Assembly: GCF_006345805.1 (NCBI RefSeq)
Contig: NC_043006.1
Span: forward strand, 29,450,001-29,514,000
Origin: Octopus sinensis
Lineage: Eukaryota
Direction: 5' to 3'
DNA length: 64,000 bases
This document shows, in pieces, positions 50,070 to 59,963 of the stretch (position 1 is its first letter; each line of letters opens with the position of its first letter). Both the position numbers and the translations under genes were made by a program. The notes under the pieces are model-generated. The model worked only from the letters and a program-made list of their open reading frames with translations. It had not been told where the DNA came from and searched no databases.

Positions 50070-52075
50070 AGACACCGACACAGACAGTCATTATGCCAAT
50101 CACGTGTAATGGTAACACATTGAGCCAAGCTCCAGTGTGGGGCTTGGAGAATGAGTAGAAACATGCCAGATGGTGCTGATCAAGTCATTGCACAAGCTCA
50201 TCCGAGGTCATGCTATACTGGATGGCATCCCATTTCTTTTGAGGGGACTAGACGACCACAGATGGGAGAAGGGGATGGACGTCTGAAGAGAACCAGCTGA
50301 GCTGGCCCCATACCATGTAGGCCACCTTGCACTCCCCAATCACAGTGGGCTCAGTTGTGCTGTAGAGAATCCTGTTGATGAGGAGATGGCAAGAGGTCAC
50401 CAATGAGGGGATATTTGGCAGGGTTAGTGACCAAGGACCAAAGGCCAAAGTTGCCATATTTGATGGGTAAGGTGGCCTGTTGCCATTGAGTGTCATCAAA
50501 CCAAATGTTGCATGTCTCTTCAACAGCTTGTTGGATACAGGCATTGAGATCTGTGAGGAGAGATACATGGCTGTAGCAAGGGGTACTGTATATGATAGTT
50601 TTGGCATGGTGAAGGAGCTTCTTAAAAATTCTGGGTACGCATTACTCACATCCTGTCTGCTTGTCAATGCTTTAAGCTGGCAAAGCTTAGGCCTTAGCTG
50701 GAGTGAATGGCAGGTAGGAAGATTGGCAAACTGAGGATAAAGACATCTTCTTTCAAAGTCATCTGTACCTGCTGAAGTAGTGAAAGTATGGAGGCTGTGA
50801 AGTCCTGTGTGTTGAAGTTGATGTTCACAACCTCCAACTTGGATGAGTTAGTCTCAAGCCCAATCCTCACCTGAGCAGGAATCACTGATCAGAGATTGTG
50901 GTAGACACACTCTACTGGCCCACCTGCCATTGCACCATCCAGGTACCAGATGTTGAAAAGAGCTGTGATGCTCCAAGTAGTGCTGTCCACACTGAGAGCA
51001 AATGGGAGGGGCTCAGTGAATCACCCAGCCAAAGATAGTATGACCTTATTTGTGGTGGAGAGCATGCTCAGAGACCTATACATCAGATAAACCAGCAGGT
51101 AGGCAGACAGAGCATGGCTGAAGCAAACCTGGTACTTGAGTTTTTCCTTGATGTTGGCTCAGGAGGACAGTTATTAAGGAACATCTAGTGGCATGGGCAG
51201 CTCCCTTGCATTCACTGGCAACATTAACACCCTGTTGCACCAGGCTGAGTTCCTTGCCTAGTTTGGGTGTAACAGATCTGCAAATGATGATGGCTGCAAA
51301 CCTCCAGAACACATTACCCATAGTGATGGAGTGTATGCCACTGTCCTTCTTCCTGAGAGTGATTAGATGGGCTGTAAAGAAGAAGTCTTGGGAGTAAGGG
51401 TCCAGAGCACAGTGAATGAATCTGTTAATAAGAGCCATAATTGTGCTCAGTGGGCACTGCCTGGCTTCAGCAGTAAGTAGGAACAGCAAAACTATGAAGT
51501 GGCCAGGTTGGAAAGTATTGGCACCTCTCTGCTGCTATTTCAGGGTAAGAAGGACTGCAGGTGTGTGAATGAGTAGAGTGCAGCATATTCAGACACACTA
51601 GGTATGGATACCTGCTTCAAGGACAAGGTGTTGGCCCTGACTATAGTCATTGTCAACAGGCTGTCCCCCATTGGTGACAATGTTGAGGAAACCAAGAATG
51701 AGTGGAGCAAAATAAAACAACTATTGTCAATTGAGGATGAGAGAGAGTATCAGCCACCAGCACTCAGACCACTTTCAAGATCTTAAGGGGGATCTTGTGG
51801 AGCGTCCTGAGCCAGGTGATGTTGACCAGCAAGGGTTGGGCATCAAGTAAGCATGTTGTCTCATCTGAGCGTATGGTGGATGGCCACTGCTGCTTGGCTG
51901 AGGGGAGATGGCAGCTGCTGCAACTCCACGTTGAGAGGGTATTTAAGGTTCATCATGTCAGGCCAGTGCAAGAGAGATAATGGAAACAACCACACCCTGA
52001 ACAGTTTCAGCCTCTCTTACTGGTGGTGGCACATGTGCTGCAGATAGCTCTCTGTGAGGATGGAGGTTTCGGTAC
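50070..52075 (-). mobile_element. Decayed CRE-clade (RLE-type) non-LTR retrotransposon, RT region
   Basis: FFTAHLITLRKKDSGIHSITMGNVFWR..VQQGVNVASECKGAAHATR resembles FGAxLIALxKKDGGIRPIAVG..QLGVG..GCEAAxHA; WYLD, IGLETN.SK, GAWLNVLP. Confidence 0.72.
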
Positions 52076-52460
52076 ACAATCAGAGACTCAAATATCAATT
52101 CTACTTACACTACTGGGTAATCTTTTCTTCCTCCTCTTTACAATTCAGTATTTGCATCTATATATTTACTTAGTAATTAACGAGAGTCGTAAAATGAATA
52201 CTTCCTTGACAATGCCAGGTTTACTGGAAACGAAAGGTTTCCAACTGTTATAAAGTTTTATCACATTTTGTCACCTCCAGCCAGCTTAAACAGATATAAT
52301 ATACTTTTATTTATAGTAGAATCATTCATTGGAACTGATGAAATATACCTATAATGGCTGTTTTATATATTCACAAACCCATTCTTTTATGTGAGATGAA
52401 AAGAGGACAAAAATATCTTATGACTTAAATTGATGTACTAGTTAAAAATATTGAACTTAC

Positions 52461-52575
52461 TTTTGGCTCACTGGAAGTAACGAGAGCTGATTCAATGTCA
52501 TACTCCAGGTTTGTGACATTCCAGTGAAATAAATTATATGGGTTGCCTCTAAAGACAGCCTCCCATGTGGAATTC
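52461..52575 (-). CDS. PKD1L1-like exon 1 in window (115 nt, phase 2-0)
   Basis: Poly-T tract + GTCAG acceptor, GTAAGT donor; NSTWEAVFRGNPYNLFHWNVTNLEYDIESALVTSSEPK; phase joins the next exon. Confidence 0.8.
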
Positions 52576-52769
52576 CTGACAAGAAAAAAAAAAAAAGAGA
52601 AAAATGTCAGTTAAAAAGAAATGTTATAATTACTATTTATCTATTTGTTCCATATAAGGAAGTTCTCAAAATCTGTTCATTTTTAGATAAATACATCTGA
52701 AAATTGATATACAAAGCACATTCCACAACAACAATAATGATGATGATGATGATGATGATAGTAACAATC

Positions 52770-53110
52770 CTGTCTACAATAGGCACAAGGGTGGTGGGAC
52801 CAGTCAATTACAATGGCCCCAATGCTCAACTGGTATTTATTTCAATGACCCTGAAAATTTGAAGATCAAAGTCAACCTCAGCAAAATTTGAACTCAGGAG
52901 GAGGAGGATTTCAAGTTTTAGCATGGGGTAAGTAAGAGGGTAAGTAAAATAAGGCGACCCTAGTCCTCAACTGGTACTTGTTTTATCAGTACCAAAAAAG
53001 ACGAAAAGTAAAGTCGACCTCAAAGGCATTTGAACTCAGAATGTAAAGAGCATGAAGAAATGCAGCTAAGCACTTTTGTCCAAAATGCTAACAATCCTGC
53101 AAGCTTGAGA
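52770..53110 (-). mobile_element. Two adjacent diverged family B SINEs (a third at ~53760-53965)
   Basis: CAACTGGTA(C/T)TT..AAAGTC(G/A)ACCTC..TTTGAACTCAG occurs twice. Confidence 0.6.
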
Positions 53111-53155
53111 CAGGCAAAATTGCACACATGCATCATATTATTATTCATATCACTT

Positions 53156-53377
53156 ATCAACATCAATGGAAATTGCAGCTGTAATACCAGTGCTGGTGGC
53201 ATGTAAGAGAACCATCTGAACATGGCTGTTGCCAGCACCGCTCTGACTGGCCTCGTGCCGGTGGCACGTAAAAAGCACCATCTGTTTGTGGCCGTTGCCA
53301 GCCTCGCCTGGCCCCCGTGCCGGTGGCACGTAAAAAGCACCAACCGATCGTGGCCGTTTGCCAGTCTCGTCTGGCAC
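53156..53377 (+). mobile_element. RTE-tail hairpin-repeat fragment, 3' truncated
   Basis: GTGCCGGTGGCACGTAAAAAGCACC twice. Confidence 0.8.
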
Positions 53378-53734
53378 GTCCCTTGGTGGCTGACGATAGG
53401 TTTATCTCTGATCACGAGCACGTGTAGTGGAGGAGCATCATAGCAATGTATTGAGAGGGATTCTTTGGAAACATGGGTGTCCTGTTCATCAAGCTCAAAC
53501 AACTCTTATTCAGGGACCTTTTGAGCAAGATGGGCTTCTCAACGTGTACAAAATTCTAACTGGGCCCTATCTGCAAGGTCATGTGTTGTTTATCTAGATA
53601 TGAGGTCACAATATTGTGCACATGTGGTTGTAATACATGCGCCTAGTGTACCCTCATCAGACAGGTAGTTATGATGAGAATATCAGGCTTCTTATATTTG
53701 TATCCATGTCACATTGATAGCATGAGCTGTTCAT
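53374..53734 (+). mobile_element. Diverged 5'-truncated copy of the 554-bp (TAA)n element
   Basis: Colinear with the reverse complement of ~9560-9945; ends in TAATAATGATG. Confidence 0.8.
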
Positions 53735-54640
53735 TAATAATGATGATGATGATGATGACAATGATGATGAATAATGGTTTCAAATTTTGGTGTGAGGCAG
53801 CAGTTTTTGGAGAAGGGGCTAAGTTGATTAAATCAATCCATGAACAAGCAAAGGGATGAAAGACAAAATGAAACTCAGTGGCATTTCAACTTAGAATGTA
53901 ATGGTGGACAAAATGCCTCTCTAGCCTTTTGCCTGAGGTGTCAACAATTCTGTAAGCTTGCTGCTGCCAGAATTGCTTATTTTCTTTATCTTTTACCACA
54001 CCAACACTTTTTATGTGAAACCATGGTTTTAGGTTCTCAATTTTTGTTGTGGTAGACGGATCTTCCCAGGTACAGCAATGTGCTATATAATCTTCTCTCA
54101 TCTCCTTCATAAGGTTCAGATGATGTTTCCTGGAGCTAAATAGCATTTGTCCTAACCACGACTGCCATATTATGTTGGCAAATAATCCTTATTTTTTTCT
54201 CTCCCTATATATATATATATATATATGTAACATATGGTATAATTATAAACAGGGCAAACTTTAGCCATTTCTCCGCAGACTGAAAAAAAATGATGAACAA
54301 CTTTAATCAATTTTTGAACCTTCTTGGGTTCTCACCAGAGGCGTCCACATCATTCTGACAATCCCCAGAGAAACAAGCAGCCAAACTGTTTATGTACTCA
54401 ACAAATGCAGCAGTTACTCTGTGAAAGAGTCCCTAATTTGCATGCTGAAAGTGTTTAACCCTCTATAAATACCAGCGGCCTGTCAATGGGGATCTTAGTC
54501 CATACTAAGGTATGATATAATATATATGTAACATATGGTATAATTATAAACAGGGCAACACACACACACGTTTGTATGCATATACTCATATTTTGGGTTC
54601 TATTTTTCCTGTTTGCACCAACAAACCTGTATGTGTATAT

Positions 54641-54671
<31 letters not shown>

Positions 54672-54699
54672 CATATTTGGGACGAAGTTTTGAAGGCCA

Positions 54700-55016
54700 A
54701 TCTCAAAATGCTGAACCTTATGAAGGAGATGACAGAGAAGACTACATGGCACACTGCTGTACCTGGGAAGACCTGCCTACCACAACGGAATTGAGATCCA
54801 GGGTCTCACATAAAAAGTGTTGTTGTGGATCTGGTAGCACATAAAAAGAACTTGCGATGGCGTCACATAAAAAGCACCCAGTACACTCTGTGAAGGGGTT
54901 GGGATCTAGCTATAGAAACCAAACCAAAAAGAGTATAGAACCTGGTGCAGCCCGTGGCCTTAATGCTTCCTGTCAAGCCACCCAACCCATGCCAGCATAG
55001 AAAACAGACGTTAAAC
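54700..55016 (+). mobile_element. RTE-like 3' fragment; inverted partial copy at ~53995-54125
   Basis: CTGAACCTTATGAAGGAGATGA..GCTGTACCTGGGAAGA present in both orientations; ends with the RTE tail. Confidence 0.7.
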
Positions 55017-55329
55017 AGTAGTTTCAGTGAGACTCAGTGTGATACAGAATGTGACAAGGCTGGCCCGTTTTTGCCAGTTGAGTGGACTGGAGCAACGAGG
55101 AATAAAGTGTCTTGCTCAAGGACACTACGCATCACTGGTTTTCAAACTCATCACCTTACGACCGTGTGCCAAATAACCGAACCACTAAACCATGTACCTT
55201 CACACATATGCACATATATACAAAAATATAGACTCACACACACACACACATAGATACATATATATAGAGAGACAGAGTGGGGGGGAGACGGAGGGAGAGA
55301 GAGATATGGTTTTTGGGGAAGGTAAAAGT

Positions 55330-56600
55330 TATGACCAGTCATAGAGTGACCATTTGGTTTCAAACCTATAAAGCGCTTAGCTGTATATGCAACTCATCAG
55401 ACTGAAATGGCCGAAGGCAGACAACTGGACGTCGATTACGCCACGATCGATTAGTTTTGTAAACAAAAGATATTTGTGCATGCAGGTGGCATGCGGTTAT
55501 CTCCCTTACACTGGCTCCAGCTGTGGTGATATTCCTAGATGTGCTGGGCGTATTTAATGAAGGACCAACGAAGTCATTAGTTTAAAAGCAACCAGGCTGG
55601 AGGTAGGACAAGCTTCTCCCAATTCAATATGGTCGACTTCCACTTATGTATATCAAAAGGGTTGCTGGTCAAGACACTTTTGCCAGGGACTTCCTTGACA
55701 TTAGGTATAGAAATAGGGACGTAATTATGCATGCCAGAGAAACACTGCTGTTTAATAAAGGTTCAACCTGGGTCAAGCAAACTGACCCAATGGGTCAGTT
55801 GATGTAGCAATGAGAGCCTACGATAGTGCAGACATGGGCAACCTTATAGGACTGTATATATATATATGATACCTCAAAGAAAAGGTGCCTATCAGTTTTC
55901 TTTGGTTTCTACCGAGATGATGTTCTGGCCATCTCTAGAGGAGCTGATGGGCATACTCACGATAGGATTAGGAAGGATCTGATTAACACCCTTAGCTCCA
56001 AGGGGTTCAAGATAACAATAGAGACCAACCTCACTGTTATAAACTTTTTAGATGTTACATTAGACCTGAGCTCCTATTCTTACAGACCCTACCGCAAACC
56101 AAATGAGGCGTTGTCCTACATCAACACACACCCCTGCCACCCACCTATTGTGTTCAGGAACCTAGTGAAGGGTGTCAGCAAGAGAATCTCAAACCTGTCC
56201 TCAAGTCAAGAGATTTTCGACTCTGAAGCCCCTTACAACAATGAAGCTTTGATATCCAGTGGGTTTAAAGACCCCATTTCCTATATGCTGGGCCCTGACA
56301 CATACAACAAGTAGCACCATAACGTTGCTTGCTTTGCCCCAACCTTCTTTCTCAAGGTCAAAACTTGTGTGGGAAGAGGTTTCTTTAGATTGGTGGACAA
56401 AGACTTCACACAATTACACAGATACGGATGTTTGTTTAATAGGCACATGTTACGGGTCTCCTTCAGTTGTGCACCCAACATTAGGAGCATTTTAGTGAGC
56501 GCCCCTAAGCTGCAAGCAGAAGCAGCATGGTCATGATGGCCATGCAGGATATACACAGTGGCCAGTCAAGCCTCTACTTCTGCAAATACTTTGACAATGA
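55330..56600 (+). mobile_element. Penelope-like retroelement remnant
   Basis: FYRDDVLAI, NFLDVTLDL..YRPYRKPNE.L.YIN....HPP...VSKRISNLSS, characteristic of Penelope RT/thumb. Confidence 0.8.
55346..55403 (-). ncRNA. Degenerate type I hammerhead ribozyme-like motif
   Basis: Minus strand AGU-CUGAUGA-G..U-GAAA-CC-AAAU-GG-UC-ACU: core intact, stems I and III have 3 bp each, stem II base is decayed. Confidence 0.45.
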
Positions 56601-56760
56601 CCAGGAGAGTTGTTTGTTATATTTTTTGACTGAAGCTGAAAGTTATGGTAGAGCACTACTTACCATAATATAGCACGTGTGTGTGTGTGCGTGTGTGCAT
56701 GCAACTTATGCAAATATATATACATGCATATATACATACATACATATGTTTATATATACT

Positions 56761-56818
<58 letters not shown>

Positions 56819-56822
56819 ATAT

Positions 56823-58632
56823 GAGAGGGTCATAGCCCATCTCATCAGGGAGAGAGTCTGCATAGATGAGATGCAGTTTGGTTTTGTACTAGGTAGAAGC
56901 ACCACTGATGCCATATTCGTGGTTCGACAACTGCAGGAGAAATACCTAGCCAAAGATAAACACCTATACTTAGCTTTTGTGGACTTGGAGAAAGCCTTTG
57001 ACAGCCCTTATCTGGTGGGCGATGCGGAAACTGGAGATAGACAAATGGTTAATAAGGGCTGTACAGGCCCTTTACAGTGAGGCTGTTAGTAAGGTTAGGA
57101 TTAGCAATGAGTACAGTGAAGAATCTGGGTAGAAGTTGGCATCCACCCCCAGTCCCCTTCTATTCATCATAGTCCTCCAGGCAATAACAGAGGAATTCAA
57201 GACAGGTTGTCCCTGGGAGCTCCTCTATGCTTATGACCTAGCTCTCATAGCAGAATCACTACCGGAACTAGAGAAGAAATTTCGTGTGTGGAAGATAGGG
57301 TTAGAATCAAAAGGCCTTAGAGTCAATGTAGCAAAGACCAAAGTTCTAGTAAGTAGGAAGGCGAACTCATCACACAGCCCCTCAGGTAGGTGGCCCTGCT
57401 CGATCTGTAGAAAAGGTGTAGTAGAAACTCCATAAGATGTACCCAGTGTAAGCTATGGACACATAAGAGGTGCAGCAATATCAAAGGAAAATTAACTGGG
57501 AAGATAGCTTTCATCTGCGGCAGATGCACAGGGGCAATAGACAGCACTGATACTCAGAAAACAGATTCCATTACACTCCTGGGGAAGAAACAAGAAGCAG
57601 TTGATAGTTTCCGCTACCTAGGTGACCAAGTTAGTAGCGGGGGTGGTTGTTCAGAGAGTGTCACCACTAGAATAAGAATAGCCTGGGTAAAGCTTAGGAA
57701 GCTTCTTCCCCTACTGGCAACAAAGGGTCTCTCGCTCAGAGTAAAAGGTAGATTGTACGACGCATGTGTGCGAACTGCCATGCTTCACGGTAGTGAAATA
57801 TGGGCCGTGACTGCAGAGGGCTTGCATAGGCTTGAAAGAAATGAAGCTAGCATGATCCGCTGGATGTGTAATGTCAGTGTCCATGCACGACAGAGTGTAA
57901 CCACCCTGAGAGAAATGTTGGGCATAAAAAGCATAGGATGCAGTGTGCAGGAGAGACGTTTGCGTTGGTATGGTCATGTACTATGGATGGATGAGGAGAG
58001 ATGTGTGAAGAAGTGCCATTCCCAGACAGTTGAAGGAATCCGGGGTAGAGGCAGACCCAACAAAGACATGGGACGAGGTGGTCAAGCATGACCTTCGTAT
58101 GTTGAGTGTCACAGAGGCTATGACGAAAGACTGAGTCCTCTGGAGATATGCTGTGACTTTGAAGACCCGACAAATGAAGTAAGTTCAGGATGGCCTGCTG
58201 TGCTAACCTTGGATCATAAAGTGATCTGCTGTTCTTGAAAAGACCTATTGAGTCAAGTACGTTAACAACAACATCAAATGAAAACTGAATGGAAATAGTA
58301 GTTAAGACACCTGTGCCGGTGACATGCTAAAAGAAAAGCACCATCCGAACATGGCAGATGCCAGCGCTGCCTGACTGGCTTCCATGTCAATGACACGTAA
58401 AAGCACCAACCGATCGTAGTCGTTTGCCAGTCTCCTCTACCCCCTGTGCCGGTGGCACGTAAAAAGCATCCACTACACTCATGGAGTGGTTGGCGTTAGG
58501 AAGGGCATCCAGCTGTAGAAACACTGGCAGATCAGACTGGTGCCTGGTGCAGCCTCCTGGCTCCCCAGACCCCGGTCGAACCGCCCAACCCATGCTAGCA
58601 TGGAAAACGGACGTTTAAACGATGATGATGAT
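56823..58632 (+). mobile_element. 5'-truncated RTE-clade LINE (RT + PHD insert + 3' UTR)
   Basis: QFGFVLGRSTTDAIF, FVDLEKAFD, LLYAYDLAL, FRYLGD, MLHGSEIW, RRLRWYGHV, GRGRP; frameshifts; (GAT)n tail. Confidence 0.92.
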
Positions 58633-58645
58633 ATATGTATATATA

Positions 58646-59911
58646 CGAGGGGCGTTCAATAAGTAATGCCCCTGACCCACTTGCAGTTGTTTGATCTAGC
58701 TGAAATTTTGCATGGGCACTTATTTATACCTCTATAGATTAAGTGGCAAATTACAGCTCTGAGCTAATTGTGGTTTCTGATTTACAGGTGTTTGAACTGA
58801 GTCAAGTGTGAAATGGAGCCTATTGAGTGTCGAGCAGTGATCTGGTTTTTGTATTTGAAAGGACGCACACCACGGGAGACTTTTGATGAAATGAAAGTAA
58901 CTTATGGTGATGATGCCCCATCATATGACCTTGTAAAACGCTGGCATTGTGAATTCAAACATAGTCGGAACTCTGTGGAAACAGCTCCCAGATCTCGTCA
59001 CCCCCTTCTGCCGTTGATGAGACATCTGTCCGTCAAGTTGAGGCTGCCATTTTGAAAGGTCAACGCATAACTATTCGCCAAATAGCCCATAAGGTCAAGA
59101 TTAGTACCAGGTCTGGGGAAACTATCATTCATGACCATTTGCATATGCAAAAGGTGTCTGCCAGATGGATTTCCAAGTTGCTCACACCTTTCCAGAAGCA
59201 AGAACGCGTTGAGTGCTCGAGGATGAATTTGGAGATGTGCCAAGATGAGTCAAAATTTTTCAAAAGATTGATCACACAGGATAAAACCTGGGTCCATCAC
59301 TATGATCCATAGACCAAAGCCCAGTCAATGCAGTGAAAGCACCGTGACTCACCTCCTCCAAAGAAGGCAAGGGTGCAGCCCTCTGCTGACAAGGTTATGC
59401 TCACAGTCTTCTGGGACCAGGACAGAGTAGTGATGACAGATTTCCTGGCAAAGGGTACCACAATTACAGGAGCCTATTATGCTTCACTTTTGAGGAAATT
59501 AAGAGAAGCTATCAAAATCAAGAGGCGGGGCAAGATCAGCAAAGGCATCCTCCTCCTGCAGGACAACGCTCCGGTCCACAACTCGCGTGTTGCCAGATCA
59601 GAAGCACAAGCGTGCAGCTATGAACTCCTCCCCTTGCACCCTCTGATTTTCACCTCTTCCCAGCCATGAAGTTGATTTTGAAAGGAAAGCGTTTCCCAGA
59701 TGATGCAGCCTTGATTTCTGAAGTCACGTCGTGGTTGGAGGACCAAGCTGGGGTCTTCTACAAAAACGGTCTCCAGAGCTGTATCAAACGATGGGAGAAA
59801 TGCATAACTCTGGGTAGTTCCTATGTAGGAAAAGACTAATAACTGTGCCAAGTGTCGTTGCTCTACTGCTATGGGAAGTCGATCAGGGGCATTACTTATT
59901 GAACGCCCCTC

Positions 59912-59912
<1 letters not shown>
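58646..59912 (+). mobile_element. Near-full-length mariner (DD34D, irritans/Hsmar2-like), 1267 bp
   Basis: Perfect 30-bp TIRs CGAGGGGCGTTCAATAAGTAATGCCCCTGA, TA flanks. Confidence 0.95.
58813..59839 (+). pseudogene. Defective mariner transposase
   Basis: HTH N-terminus, KVSARWI, TQDKTWVHHYDP, LLQDNAPVH, LAPSDFHLF; frameshifts, stops at ~59310 and ~59334, YSPD segment deleted. Confidence 0.9.

Positions 59913-59963
<51 letters not shown>

Larger units (their letters stand above)
2382..52575 (-). other. PKD1L1: Polycystin-1 family gene (PKD1L1-like), partial: 24 coding exons, ~1381 aa in window; PKD repeats + REJ module
   Basis: Manual splicing of 24 GT-AG exons gives one open frame with matching phases. 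Motifs: WNFGDG/FDYGDG/VSFGDG (PKD repeats), YPCNPPEV, LDGSYSRDPD, CxxC..CxxC..YEW, SCNIKPLQG, LYRG..FMLPAG (REJ). The REJ resembles PKD1L1 from memory; orthology is not tested. Confidence 0.85.
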
